Below, one piece after another: positions 16,787 to 25,294 of a DNA stretch of 32,000 nt (positions within the stretch are counted from its first letter, which is position 1; each line of letters begins with the position of its first letter). A program made the translations under genes and the position numbers. The stretch is from Paracoccus suum. Its GTDB lineage: Bacteria > Pseudomonadota > Alphaproteobacteria > Rhodobacterales > Rhodobacteraceae. The DNA is taken from NCBI RefSeq assembly GCF_003324675.1, contig NZ_CP030918.1:150001-182000 (forward strand), written 5' to 3'. Under the pieces are notes generated by a model, which was given only the letters and a program-made list of their open reading frames with translations, was not told the origin of the DNA and did not search any database.

Positions 16787-17761
16787 TCACAGTTTCACGC
16801 GGGGATCGACCTTGGCGTAGATCAGGTCGACAAGCAGGTTGAGCAGCACGAAGATCACGGCCAGCACGATCACTGCCGATTGGACGACCGGGATGTCACG
16901 CTGGTTCACGGCGTTGAACACCAGGCGTCCAAGGCCCGGGTAGCTGAAGACGGTCTCGATCACGACGACCCCGCCAAGCAGAAAGCCGAACTCGAGCCCC
17001 ACCATTGTGATGACCGGCAGCCAGGCATTGCGCAGGGCGTGGTGGACGACGACCGCACGCTCGGTCAGGCCCTTGGAGCGGGCAGTGCGGACGTAGTCCT
17101 GGTTCAGCACCTCGAGCATGGACGAGCGCACGAGCCGGGCGTTGCGCGACAGCGAGTAAAAGCCCACGGCGATCCCTGGCATGACCAGGTAGTAAAGAGT
17201 TCGGGGCAGGTTCTTGAAAGCCGTGACAAAGTCGCCTTGCAGAAGCGGCTGCAGGAATGGCACGTGACCCGAGATCGGGAACCAGTGCAGATAGAGGCCG
17301 AAAAACAGGATCATCATGATCCCCAGCCAGAAGTTCGGGACGGATTGTCCGAACATCGCCAGCGTGATGATGCCGCCGTCGAGCGCCGTGCCGCGGTTCA
17401 GCGCGGCAAAGACCCCGAACGGCACCGCCAATGCCATGGCGAAAACGAGGGCAAAGACGGTCAGTTCGATCGTGGCAGGCAGAGCCCCCAGGACAAGGCC
17501 CATGGCGGGCTGACGATAGCTGAGCGAGTTGCCGAAATCGCCGCGGACGACCTGTCCGATGTAGCTGAGATATTGCACGTACAGCGGCCGGTCGAAACCG
17601 AGAGCATGGCGCACCATCTCGATTTCCTGCTGGCTGGCACGTTCACTGACGAACAGGTAGGTCGGATCGCCACCGATCTGCAGCGCGATGAAGCTGATGA
17701 GCGTCACGCCCAGCAACACAACGATGCTCTGCAGCAATCTACGGGCAATGAAGGTCCACAT
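16787..17761 (-). CDS. ABC transporter permease (DppB/OppB-like)
   Basis: Canonical N-terminus MWTFIARRLLQSIVVLLGVTLISF and the loop DYVRTARSKGLTERAVVVHHALRNA. Confidence 0.9.
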   Translation of the reverse strand: MWTFIARRLLQSIVVLLGVTLISFIALQIGGDPTYLFVSERASQQEIEMVRHALGFDRPLYVQYLSYIGQVVRGDFGNSLSYRQPAMGLVLGALPATIELTVFALVFAMALAVPFGVFAALNRGTALDGGIITLAMFGQSVPNFWLGIMMILFFGLYLHWFPISGHVPFLQPLLQGDFVTAFKNLPRTLYYLVMPGIAVGFYSLSRNARLVRSSMLEVLNQDYVRTARSKGLTERAVVVHHALRNAWLPVITMVGLEFGFLLGGVVVIETVFSYPGLGRLVFNAVNQRDIPVVQSAVIVLAVIFVLLNLLVDLIYAKVDPRVKL

Positions 17762-17781
17762 GGCGGTTCCTCGGGCAACGG

Positions 17782-17813
17782 GGACTGCCGCGCACTGCTA
17801 CGCGCGGCAGTCC
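17782..17813 (-). other. Intercistronic stem-loop (12-bp perfect stem GGACTGCCGCGC/GCGCGGCAGTCC, 8-nt loop)
   Basis: Read directly from the sequence in the 57-nt gap between the binding-protein stop (17819) and the permease start (17761). Confidence 0.5.
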
Positions 17814-17818
17814 GGCTG

Positions 17819-19369
17819 TTACTTCACGGCGACGTCGTGGAGGAAGATTTCCTCGTCGGGCCGGGCGACGAAGTCGATGCGGTTGCTGACGCCGTAGAAA
17901 TCGGGCTGGAAATACAGCAGCAACCAGGGGCCGTCCTCGTAGAACACCGTCAGCATCTCGTCGATGATCTTGCGCCGGTCCTCCTCGGTCGCGGCGTTCT
18001 TGATGTCCTCCCAGCGGTCGAACCAGCGCGGATCGCTCCACCGGGTGTAGTTGGTTCCGGCGTCGACCTCGGACAGATCGCTCATGTCGTAGAGGGCCGA
18101 CCATTTGGCGCCGCCGGTCCCGAGGAAAAACATCGGACCCGCGTTACGCTCGCGGATCAGCGGGACATAGACGCTGCTCCACTCCATCAGTTCGGGCTCG
18201 ACATTGATGCCGATGTCGCCGAGATACTGCGCGATCGCCAGGATGACGTTCTGGTCGTTGAGATAGCGCCCACGTGGACCCTGCAGCTTGATGCTGAAGC
18301 GCTCGCCGCCGTCCTTGCGGGGCCAGCCAGCCTCGTCGAGCAGCTTTTCCGCCATCTCCGGATCGTAAGGATAGGGTTTCAGCGCCTTGTTGTCATTTGG
18401 CGGGTTCACAAGGCCCGTGGCACGCTCGCATTCGAAGTTCAGCAGTTGCTTGCAGATCGCCGGGACGTCGATGGCGTATTGCATCGCACGGCGGACCTTG
18501 GGGTCCTGGATCGCGTCGCCGCCGGGTTGGGTCTTGAACTGCTCGCCCATGTTAAAGCCGACATACATGCGGCGCGTGCCCTGGATGGCCTGCACCTTTG
18601 CCACCTTGCTGGCGTTGATCGCATCGAGCTGGTCGGGCGCCACATTGGTGATCAGATCCACGTTGCCGCCGATCAGCTCGGCCGTGCGGGTGCTGGCCTC
18701 CGGGATGATGCGCCAGACGATGCGGGCTGCCTTGGCACTGGGATCGACCCGCTCCAGCACGACTTCCGAGCCTTTGGCCCAACTCGCCAGCTTGTAGGCG
18801 CCCGATCCGATGGGCGATGTCGCCGCCTGGTCGGGCGACATCTTTTCGTAGCTGTCCTTGCAATGGATATAGACCTCGGCCAGCAGGCCCTCGGCAATCA
18901 GGTTCTTATCGCCGAGCATGATCTTGACGTGGCGATCGTCGACAGCCTCTGCCTTGTCGAATGCAATGGACGAATAGATGAAGCCGGGCGTGTTGCCGGT
19001 AAAGTTGCCCGCCGGGTCCTTGCCGCGGTTGAAGCTGTAGGCGACGTCCTCGGCGGTCAGCGGCTCGCCGTCATGGCAGGTCAGACCTTCCTTCATGGTG
19101 TAGGTGTAGGTCTTGCCGTCCTCCGAAACCTCCAGGCTTTCGGCCAGCGAGGGCTCGAACTTGCCCTCGGCCGACACGGTATAAAGGGTGCCGAAGATGT
19201 GGCGCGCGATATTGGCATTGTCGCGCGACGCGATGTTATCGGGGTCGAAAGTCGTCACGTCCGCAGACAGACCCACGACAATCGTGTCAGCGGCCGGTTG
19301 CGCCATGGCCGGCATCGCCAGCAGCAGCCCCGAGGCTGCGACGGATGCAAGCAGTCCGAGCTTGTTCAT
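17819..19369 (-). CDS. ABC transporter substrate-binding protein, family 5, paralog 3
   Basis: Signal peptide MNKLGLLASVAASGLLLAMPAMA, preceded by GGAGGT. It is very similar by eye to paralog 1 (TIVVGLSAD, LTAEDVAYSFNR, NTPGFIY, AICKQLLNFECERATGLVNPPND). The start overlaps the upstream stop (ATGA). Confidence 0.9.
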   Translation of the reverse strand: MNKLGLLASVAASGLLLAMPAMAQPAADTIVVGLSADVTTFDPDNIASRDNANIARHIFGTLYTVSAEGKFEPSLAESLEVSEDGKTYTYTMKEGLTCHDGEPLTAEDVAYSFNRGKDPAGNFTGNTPGFIYSSIAFDKAEAVDDRHVKIMLGDKNLIAEGLLAEVYIHCKDSYEKMSPDQAATSPIGSGAYKLASWAKGSEVVLERVDPSAKAARIVWRIIPEASTRTAELIGGNVDLITNVAPDQLDAINASKVAKVQAIQGTRRMYVGFNMGEQFKTQPGGDAIQDPKVRRAMQYAIDVPAICKQLLNFECERATGLVNPPNDNKALKPYPYDPEMAEKLLDEAGWPRKDGGERFSIKLQGPRGRYLNDQNVILAIAQYLGDIGINVEPELMEWSSVYVPLIRERNAGPMFFLGTGGAKWSALYDMSDLSEVDAGTNYTRWSDPRWFDRWEDIKNAATEEDRRKIIDEMLTVFYEDGPWLLLYFQPDFYGVSNRIDFVARPDEEIFLHDVAVK

Positions 19370-20421
19370 TCGGTACCTCCCGTGGTCGTTGACCCTGCCG
19401 GCTCCACTGCGGTCAGGGTTCGTGGATCAATGGTCTGGCCGGTGCGTGCGGATTCGATGCACGCCTCGACCATGCGGAGCGAGTTGAGATGATCGGCGCC
19501 GGTGCAGGGGGCGGGACCGCCATGCAAGAGGTGCCGCAGGAAATCGTCCAGCAGACCGGCCGCATCGTCCACCCAAGGCTCGATCGGGGGCAGCGGCACA
19601 GGGGCCAGCGGCTCGTGCCGGCGTCCCTGGACGAGCCCGTCGAACATGTCGGTCTGGACGGCGATGCCCTCGGCGCAGTCGGTGCGCCAGTCAAAGCCCG
19701 GGCTGTCGTGGCTGCCGGCCCAGGTGCCTTGGTAGGTAACCTCGATGCCGTTATCCAAGGTGATCAGCGCCGAGACATTGGCGTCGCCCCGATACATCGA
19801 CCACGGTGGATTCCAGGTCCGGGCCGAGATGGCGACCGCGTCGGCGCCATAGACAAAGCGCATCAGGTCAAAATGGTGGATAGACTGCTCCCACAGCATC
19901 GGCTGGGGCATGGTCAGGGGGTAGCGGTTGATCCCAGGACGGTAGCCGTTGCGCCAACGTTCATACGTAAAGCGGCCAAAGGCCGGCGCACCTAGACGGT
20001 CCGGCGCAAAGAGCGCCATCAGCGCCTGCGTCACCGCAAGATAGCGAAAATTCAGTCCAACGGTCAGCGTGACACCGGCGGCGGCACAGGTCGCGACATG
20101 CGCCTCTGCCTCGGCCACGCTGTCAGCGAGCGGCTTTTCCGCCAGGATGGCGAGGCCGGCTGAGGCCGCTGCGGCGATCTGGCCCGTGCGGCCGCCGGGA
20201 GGGGTGATCAGCAGAACTGCATCGGCAGGCACGGCCGCGGCGACCGTTCCCAGATCGGCGCCGGTTACGACGTCAGGCAGCTGCTCCGCCGCTTCGGCCA
20301 GCGCAGCCTCGTTGGTGTCAACGATGCCGACGATGCGGCAGCGGCCGTCCGCGGCCATCACCTGCCGCCAAAGACGCGAGCGCGCGCCCAGCCCCACCAG
20401 AATGAAACGTGCCTCGTTCAT
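19366..20421 (-). CDS. Gfo/Idh/MocA family oxidoreductase
   Basis: Internal ATG 20421 (MNEARFILVGLGARSRLW...) is preceded by GGAGGG and overlaps the upstream stop (ATGA). The EKP motif appears as AILAEKPLADS. The 143 extra N-terminal codons of the track ORF are Arg/Pro/Gly-rich and overlap the upstream gene. Confidence 0.85.
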   Translation of the reverse strand: MNEARFILVGLGARSRLWRQVMAADGRCRIVGIVDTNEAALAEAAEQLPDVVTGADLGTVAAAVPADAVLLITPPGGRTGQIAAAASAGLAILAEKPLADSVAEAEAHVATCAAAGVTLTVGLNFRYLAVTQALMALFAPDRLGAPAFGRFTYERWRNGYRPGINRYPLTMPQPMLWEQSIHHFDLMRFVYGADAVAISARTWNPPWSMYRGDANVSALITLDNGIEVTYQGTWAGSHDSPGFDWRTDCAEGIAVQTDMFDGLVQGRRHEPLAPVPLPPIEPWVDDAAGLLDDFLRHLLHGGPAPCTGADHLNSLRMVEACIESARTGQTIDPRTLTAVEPAGSTTTGGTE

Positions 20422-21323
20422 GCCGCCCTCCGTCCCGCCGCCAGCGCTGGCAGCGCGTTCTCCGGGCTGGTCCATGGAAAATCCGTCAGGGCCGAAAGCT
20501 GGCTGGCGATCATCGGCCCCTTGATCGCGCCCTGCGCAGGCGCCTCGCGGGTCGGGGCGCCGGGGGCGATCAACGCGCACATCTGGCTGTCGTGGCGGAT
20601 GTGCGGGCTGGCGAGATGGATCGGCCGGTGCGTCGTCCCGCCCGGCTCGTCCACCAGTAGCGCCAGTGCGGCGCCGATGTCGGGCGCCCAGGTCCAGTCG
20701 CGGCGAGGATCCCCCGAGACGATCTCCAGCGCCTGCCCCTGCGCCGCTGCAGCCCGCCAAAGCGCGACGGGCGAGAGGTGCCTGCGGCTCGCACGGGACC
20801 GCTCGTCCGGGCCGTAGATGTGGCCAAGCCGGACGACATGCGCATCGCAAAGCCCGGCGAGGGCTGCCGGCACGATACGTTCGCCAGCAAGCTTGGCCGC
20901 GGCGTATGGCGATGCGCCAGTCGGCACGGCGTCGTCGTCGAGGTCGGGCCGCCCGTCCTGCGGCGCGAATACGCCCGAGGAGGACAGGAAGACGAAAGCC
21001 TTCGGCGGGGTTGCGCTAACAGATTCTAACACCGCCAGCAGTGGATCGAGGTTGGCGCGCAGATGCGCGGCAGGCGTGATGCCCAAGGCCCGCGGCCCGG
21101 TAGTCAGGGCTGCGGCGTGAATCACCAGCTCGGCCGGCGGCAAGTGGGTGCCGGGGCCCAGGTCGCACTCAATCAACGTGGCCCGGGCGAGCGCCCCGCG
21201 CGCCTCTTCGTCAAAGCTACGGTCCAGCGCGGTGACGGCGTGGCCATGGCGCGCAAGCGCCGCCGCAATTGCGCCGCCGACAAAACCGCCGGCGCCGGTG
21301 ACGATGGCGCGCCGCGTGCTCAT
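20418..21323 (-). CDS. NAD-dependent epimerase/dehydratase family protein
   Basis: Internal ATG 21323 gives MSTRRAIVTGAGGFVGGAIAAAL (the GxxGxxG motif). YAAAKLAG carries YxxxK. The start overlaps the GntR stop (ATGA). Confidence 0.8.
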   Translation of the reverse strand: MSTRRAIVTGAGGFVGGAIAAALARHGHAVTALDRSFDEEARGALARATLIECDLGPGTHLPPAELVIHAAALTTGPRALGITPAAHLRANLDPLLAVLESVSATPPKAFVFLSSSGVFAPQDGRPDLDDDAVPTGASPYAAAKLAGERIVPAALAGLCDAHVVRLGHIYGPDERSRASRRHLSPVALWRAAAAQGQALEIVSGDPRRDWTWAPDIGAALALLVDEPGGTTHRPIHLASPHIRHDSQMCALIAPGAPTREAPAQGAIKGPMIASQLSALTDFPWTSPENALPALAAGRRAA

Positions 21324-22006
21324 TCGGACCAGGCCGCCACGGCCGCGGGGTCGAGCGTCGCGAGTTTCCGCGTATGCTCGGAGATGAGCCGGACCGCCAG
21401 TTCGTCGTCGCGATCCTCCATGGCCCTGACGATGGGCGGGTGGTTGGCAGCAATATCGCTCAGCGGCACGCGGCGGTCGTTGCGCAGCGCCATGATCTGA
21501 TGGATGCGCAGATAGATGTCGTTCCAGCTGCGGGCCAGCAACTGGTGCTCGGCCAATCCGATCAGGGTGCGGTGAAAGGACTCGTCGGCCGCGATCAGCG
21601 ACGGACGGTCTTCTGCGACGGCTGCCGCCGTCATTCGGTCGCAGGCCTCCCAAAGCAGCCCCAGATCTGCGCCCGATTCGAGGATCAGGCGCACCGCCAT
21701 GACCTCGAACACTTCGCGCATCTGGTAGGTCTCGGTCACCTCGCGCGGCGAGAGGGGCTTGACCCACTTGCCTTTGTAGGCGGCAGTCTCGACCAGGCCA
21801 TCCGCCTCGAGAATCTGGATCGCCTCGCGGATCGGGGCGCGGCTGACATTCAATTCTTCAGCGAGCGCAGTTTCGACCAGCACGGTGCCGGGACGCAACT
21901 CACCCGAGACGATTGCATTGCGCAACTTGTCGGCGATCTGAAGGCGCAGCGGGATCTGTTCGATCGGACCCAGAATGCGCGCACGTGCGGCGGTTGCTTC
22001 ACGCAT
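21320..22006 (-). CDS. GntR family transcriptional regulator (FadR-like, FCD C-terminal domain)
   Basis: Winged-HTH sequence IADKLRNAIVSGELRPGTVLVETALAEELNVSRAPIREAIQILEADGLV, followed by an all-helical C-terminal domain. Both ends overlap the neighbouring genes. Confidence 0.9.
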   Translation of the reverse strand: MREATAARARILGPIEQIPLRLQIADKLRNAIVSGELRPGTVLVETALAEELNVSRAPIREAIQILEADGLVETAAYKGKWVKPLSPREVTETYQMREVFEVMAVRLILESGADLGLLWEACDRMTAAAVAEDRPSLIAADESFHRTLIGLAEHQLLARSWNDIYLRIHQIMALRNDRRVPLSDIAANHPPIVRAMEDRDDELAVRLISEHTRKLATLDPAAVAAWSE

Positions 22007-22898
22007 CTTCGTTCACCCCGCCGGCAAGGGCCGCGGCCTCGGCGATGGCGGGGGCGGCGGTATCCATGGCGACCAGCGGCGGGCGGGTGCGGGCGTATTC
22101 GGGATCATTCATGCGCCGCGCTACGGCGGCCTTGATCGCCGGGATCAGGTCGGGCCCTTCGAACCGACGTCGCACCTCGGTGACTGCGTCCAGCAGCCGC
22201 GCTTCGTCAGGCGTGCCAAGGCCCCGGATCAGGGCCGCAATGCCATGGGCGTTCACGTTGGCGGTGGCGCTGATGCAGCCCGCCCCGCCTGCCGCGACGT
22301 TGCGCGGCAGCAGGGACTCCGAGGAAGAAAAGATCTCCATCTCGGGGAAGGCGTCGAGCATCGCGGCGGTGTTGTCCCAATTGCCGGAACTGTCCTTCAA
22401 CCCGACGACCATCCCCGGAAACGCCTCGCGCAGTCGCGCGATCAGGTTGGCCGTGACCGGCACGCCAGAGGTCTGGGGGATGTGATACATGTAAAGGCGC
22501 AGGGCCGGCCCCGCGGCCTCGATCACCCGGGCAAAGCTGGCCGCCAATCCGTCATCGCTGACCGGCTTGTAATAGAACGGCGGCAGCGTCAGCGTGCCGC
22601 GCACACCCAGCGATACCGCATGTCTGGTCAGCGCAATCGTGTCGGGGAGTGCCGCGCAACCCGTGCCGGGGACCAGAACGGCAGGATCGATTCCGCCGGC
22701 GACCAGCGCCTCCAGCGCGTCAATGCGTTCGGACACGCTCAGCGAGTTGGCCTCGGAGGTGGTGCCAAACGGCGCGAGGCCGTCGGCGCCATCGGCGATC
22801 AGGCGTTTGCCGATCGTGACAAGGCGCTCGCGATCCACCGACAGATCGGGCCGGAACGGAGTGACGAGCGGGACAAGGACTTGGGGACGAGAGGTCAT
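21999..22898 (-). CDS. Dihydrodipicolinate synthase / N-acetylneuraminate lyase family (class I aldolase/deaminase) protein
   Basis: LVTPF...DGLAPFGTTSEANSLS...PPFYYK...GLKDSSGN. The last block contains the Schiff-base Lys context typical of the DapA family. Confidence 0.85.
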   Translation of the reverse strand: MTSRPQVLVPLVTPFRPDLSVDRERLVTIGKRLIADGADGLAPFGTTSEANSLSVSERIDALEALVAGGIDPAVLVPGTGCAALPDTIALTRHAVSLGVRGTLTLPPFYYKPVSDDGLAASFARVIEAAGPALRLYMYHIPQTSGVPVTANLIARLREAFPGMVVGLKDSSGNWDNTAAMLDAFPEMEIFSSSESLLPRNVAAGGAGCISATANVNAHGIAALIRGLGTPDEARLLDAVTEVRRRFEGPDLIPAIKAAVARRMNDPEYARTRPPLVAMDTAAPAIAEAAALAGGVNEDA

Positions 22899-22905
22899 GT
22901 GCGTT

Positions 22906-23373
22906 TCACCGGGATGAGGGGATGTCGATCATCAGGGGCGCGATATCTGCGAACTGGTCGTCATCGGGCGCACCCCGCCACATCAGCACGGCAAAGCTGC
23001 CGGGGTCGTCAAGGACGGAGATGCCGGCGTGCCAGATACCCTGACGGTAAATAACCCCGCGATTTCCCGGGACAACGAAGGATTTTGCCGCACGGCGCTC
23101 CGGCCCGCCGTCGGGCGCCGCCGGAAAAACCGTGACGAGGTAACGCCCTACGTCGAGCGGGAGGAACGCCTGTGCTGCATAGGGGTGGCGCTCGACCCGG
23201 CTCAGCGTGCAATCGCCCGGCTCGACCCAGTTGGTGTGGAATTGTAGTTTCAACCCGGCGACCGGTGGCATCAGCGGATCCCACATCGTGCGCTCGCCCG
23301 CCCTTGCCGGCGGTGCAACGAGTGCGGCATAGGGCGCCAGGGCCCCCGCATCAGCTGCGGCCGCGCGGATCAC
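22906..23373 (-). CDS. Ureidoglycolate lyase (AllA) family cupin protein
   Basis: ERHPYAAQAFLPL and GVIYRQGIWHAGI blocks match AllA-family sequences as I recall them. The start is proposed at GTG 23373, overlapping the upstream stop (GTGA). The track ORF start at 23418 would overlap the upstream gene by 49 nt. Confidence 0.65.
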   Translation of the reverse strand: MIRAAAADAGALAPYAALVAPPARAGERTMWDPLMPPVAGLKLQFHTNWVEPGDCTLSRVERHPYAAQAFLPLDVGRYLVTVFPAAPDGGPERRAAKSFVVPGNRGVIYRQGIWHAGISVLDDPGSFAVLMWRGAPDDDQFADIAPLMIDIPSSR

Positions 23374-24296
23374 TCGGCTACCTCGCGCCACTGCGGGGCG
23401 GGCACCACCGTACGCCAATGGGCTGCAAGATCAGCACGGCGGCAGATCCAGACGTCGTCGCGACCCTGAAGATGGTCCAGCAGCATCGCGATCCCCACCA
23501 TGCGGCCAGGATGGGCCACCACGCGGGAGTGCATCCCCACCGACATCATGCGCGGATGCAGGTCGGCCTCCGCCCTCATGCCCTCGAAGCTGTCGATCAG
23601 GAACTCGCCGAAGGTGCGCCCGGACACCAGCGGTCCGGAGACGAGCTTGGAATCGTTCGTGGCCAGCGAGTACGGAACGACCAGGTGCGGCTTGGTCCCG
23701 ACCTCGGTCCAATAGGGCAATTCGTCATTATAGGCGTCGCTATCGTAGCTGAATCCGCCATGCTCGACCACAAGCCGGCGGGTGGCCAACGACGGACCAT
23801 AGCGGCAGTAGAACCCCTCGGGCGGGCGACCCAGCAGCTTGGTGAGGACCGCGTGGCCACGGGCGATATGCTCGCGCTCCGTCGCCTCGTCCAGCAGGTA
23901 GTGCTCGACCCAGCGCCAGCCGTGGCAGACGGCGTCCCAGTCCGTTTCGCGCAGGGCGGCTGCCGCCTCTGGGTTGCGCTCCAACGCCAGTGCCGAGGCG
24001 AAGATCGTCAACGGCAGGCCGCGCTCGGCAAACAGGCGATGAATGCGCCAGAAGCCGACGCGACTGCCATATTCAAACATGCTCTCGGCTGCGAGATCCC
24101 GCTGTCCAACGGGAACACGCGGCGCGCTGACCTCTGTCAGGGTCGCATCGCTGCGACCGTCGCCATCGCCCATCGCATATTCGGAGCCTTCTTCGTAGTT
24201 AAGGACGAAATTGACCGCGACGCGCGCGCCGTTGGGCCAGGTGATCTGGGGCACCTGTCTGCCGTAGCCAATCAGATCGCGGGGATGGCGGTCCAT
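23370..24296 (-). CDS. Polysaccharide-deacetylase-fold allantoinase-like protein (PuuE family)
   Basis: Contains DLIGYGRQVPQITWPNGARVAVNFVLNYEEGSE, FEYGSRVGFWRIHRLF, HGWRW, GGFSYDSDAYNDELPYW and VVPYSLATND. The start is at ATG 24296 (MDRHPRDL...), one nt after the upstream stop. Confidence 0.8.
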   Translation of the reverse strand: MDRHPRDLIGYGRQVPQITWPNGARVAVNFVLNYEEGSEYAMGDGDGRSDATLTEVSAPRVPVGQRDLAAESMFEYGSRVGFWRIHRLFAERGLPLTIFASALALERNPEAAAALRETDWDAVCHGWRWVEHYLLDEATEREHIARGHAVLTKLLGRPPEGFYCRYGPSLATRRLVVEHGGFSYDSDAYNDELPYWTEVGTKPHLVVPYSLATNDSKLVSGPLVSGRTFGEFLIDSFEGMRAEADLHPRMMSVGMHSRVVAHPGRMVGIAMLLDHLQGRDDVWICRRADLAAHWRTVVPAPQWREVAE

Positions 24297-24297
24297 G

Positions 24298-25290
24298 TCA
24301 GTCACGGGTGCCTTCGACTTTGCAGAAGAAACAGCACCAGTCACCCGTCGTCACATTGGGCAGCGCGCGCAGGCCAAAGAACATCCCGTCGGCGGGCGCC
24401 ACGATCTCGCTCTGTTCATCGCCGAAGATGTCGACGATGCGGGCGATGCGCTGGCCCTTGGTCATCATCGTCAGGAATTTCACGCCTGGCTCTGGGATGA
24501 AAATGCCCGAGGCTGGGGCGAGCAGCGCCTCCTGGATGCCCTTGTAACGCGGGCTGGGGTAGCTCGCCTCGCCCGGATACATCTTGTAGTGACGCAGGAT
24601 GTTCAGGATCGAGTCCGCGAGATCGCGGCCGACCTTCGCGAAACCCTCCGGCGAGGTCGCCGAACGACCGCCGAGTTCGACCGTGATCCCGACCTTGCCC
24701 AGCGACTTCAGGTGGGCCATCGGGCTGCCCGACGGGTTGAAGTTCGACATGATGCAGCCCCAGCCCGGCCCCATCGCAGTCGCAAGCTCGACCCCCGCCG
24801 GGGACTCGTCGGTGAAGATCGACTTGTCGAGGAAGGAATGCGCCCCGCCCGAGTGGATCGAGATCTCGAAATCCGCGACCGGGCCCATCGCCTCGGCATG
24901 CGCCGCCGCCACGCGCTCGGACAGGTAGCCGCCGGGCTTGCCCGGATAGATGCGGTTCATGTCATAGCTGAAGGTGTCGGCCGGGTTTCCGCGCTGCGCC
25001 GCCTCGAACGCCGGAACGTTCACCACCGGCACCAGCACCAGCGTGCCTTTCAGCTTCGCCGGGTCGACCTCGCGCAGCGCGATCTGGCAGGCCAGCGGCC
25101 CTTCGGGCTCGTCGCCGTGGATTGCGCCGTTGACCCAGAAACAGGGACCCTCGTCAGCACCATTGACGATGACGACCGGGATCTCCAGCGAGGTGCCGCC
25201 CGCGAGGCGGGTGACGGGAATGGCGCCCCGGACCACGGTGCCGGGGGCAGCGGTGGCGGTGCCGACGGTGACGGTTTTGCCTTTGCTCAT
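24298..25290 (-). CDS. Succinylglutamate desuccinylase/aspartoacylase (AstE/AspA) family zinc deacylase
   Basis: Internal ATG 25290 (MSKGKTVTVGTA...). NGAIHGDEPEG supplies zinc ligands, with a later ISIHSGG and VELGG. The upstream 145 codons of track ORF 24298..25725 overlap the VOC gene in another frame. Confidence 0.85.
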   Translation of the reverse strand: MSKGKTVTVGTATAAPGTVVRGAIPVTRLAGGTSLEIPVVIVNGADEGPCFWVNGAIHGDEPEGPLACQIALREVDPAKLKGTLVLVPVVNVPAFEAAQRGNPADTFSYDMNRIYPGKPGGYLSERVAAAHAEAMGPVADFEISIHSGGAHSFLDKSIFTDESPAGVELATAMGPGWGCIMSNFNPSGSPMAHLKSLGKVGITVELGGRSATSPEGFAKVGRDLADSILNILRHYKMYPGEASYPSPRYKGIQEALLAPASGIFIPEPGVKFLTMMTKGQRIARIVDIFGDEQSEIVAPADGMFFGLRALPNVTTGDWCCFFCKVEGTRD

Positions 25291-25294
25291 GACG

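Noticed and set aside
16724-19492. A 922-aa ORF on the plus strand, the longest in the track.
   Set aside because: It is antisense to two permease genes and a binding-protein gene that have clear family motifs. Its translation is low-complexity and rich in Arg, Asp, Gly, His and Val, with no recognisable domain. This is a typical shadow ORF in high-GC DNA.
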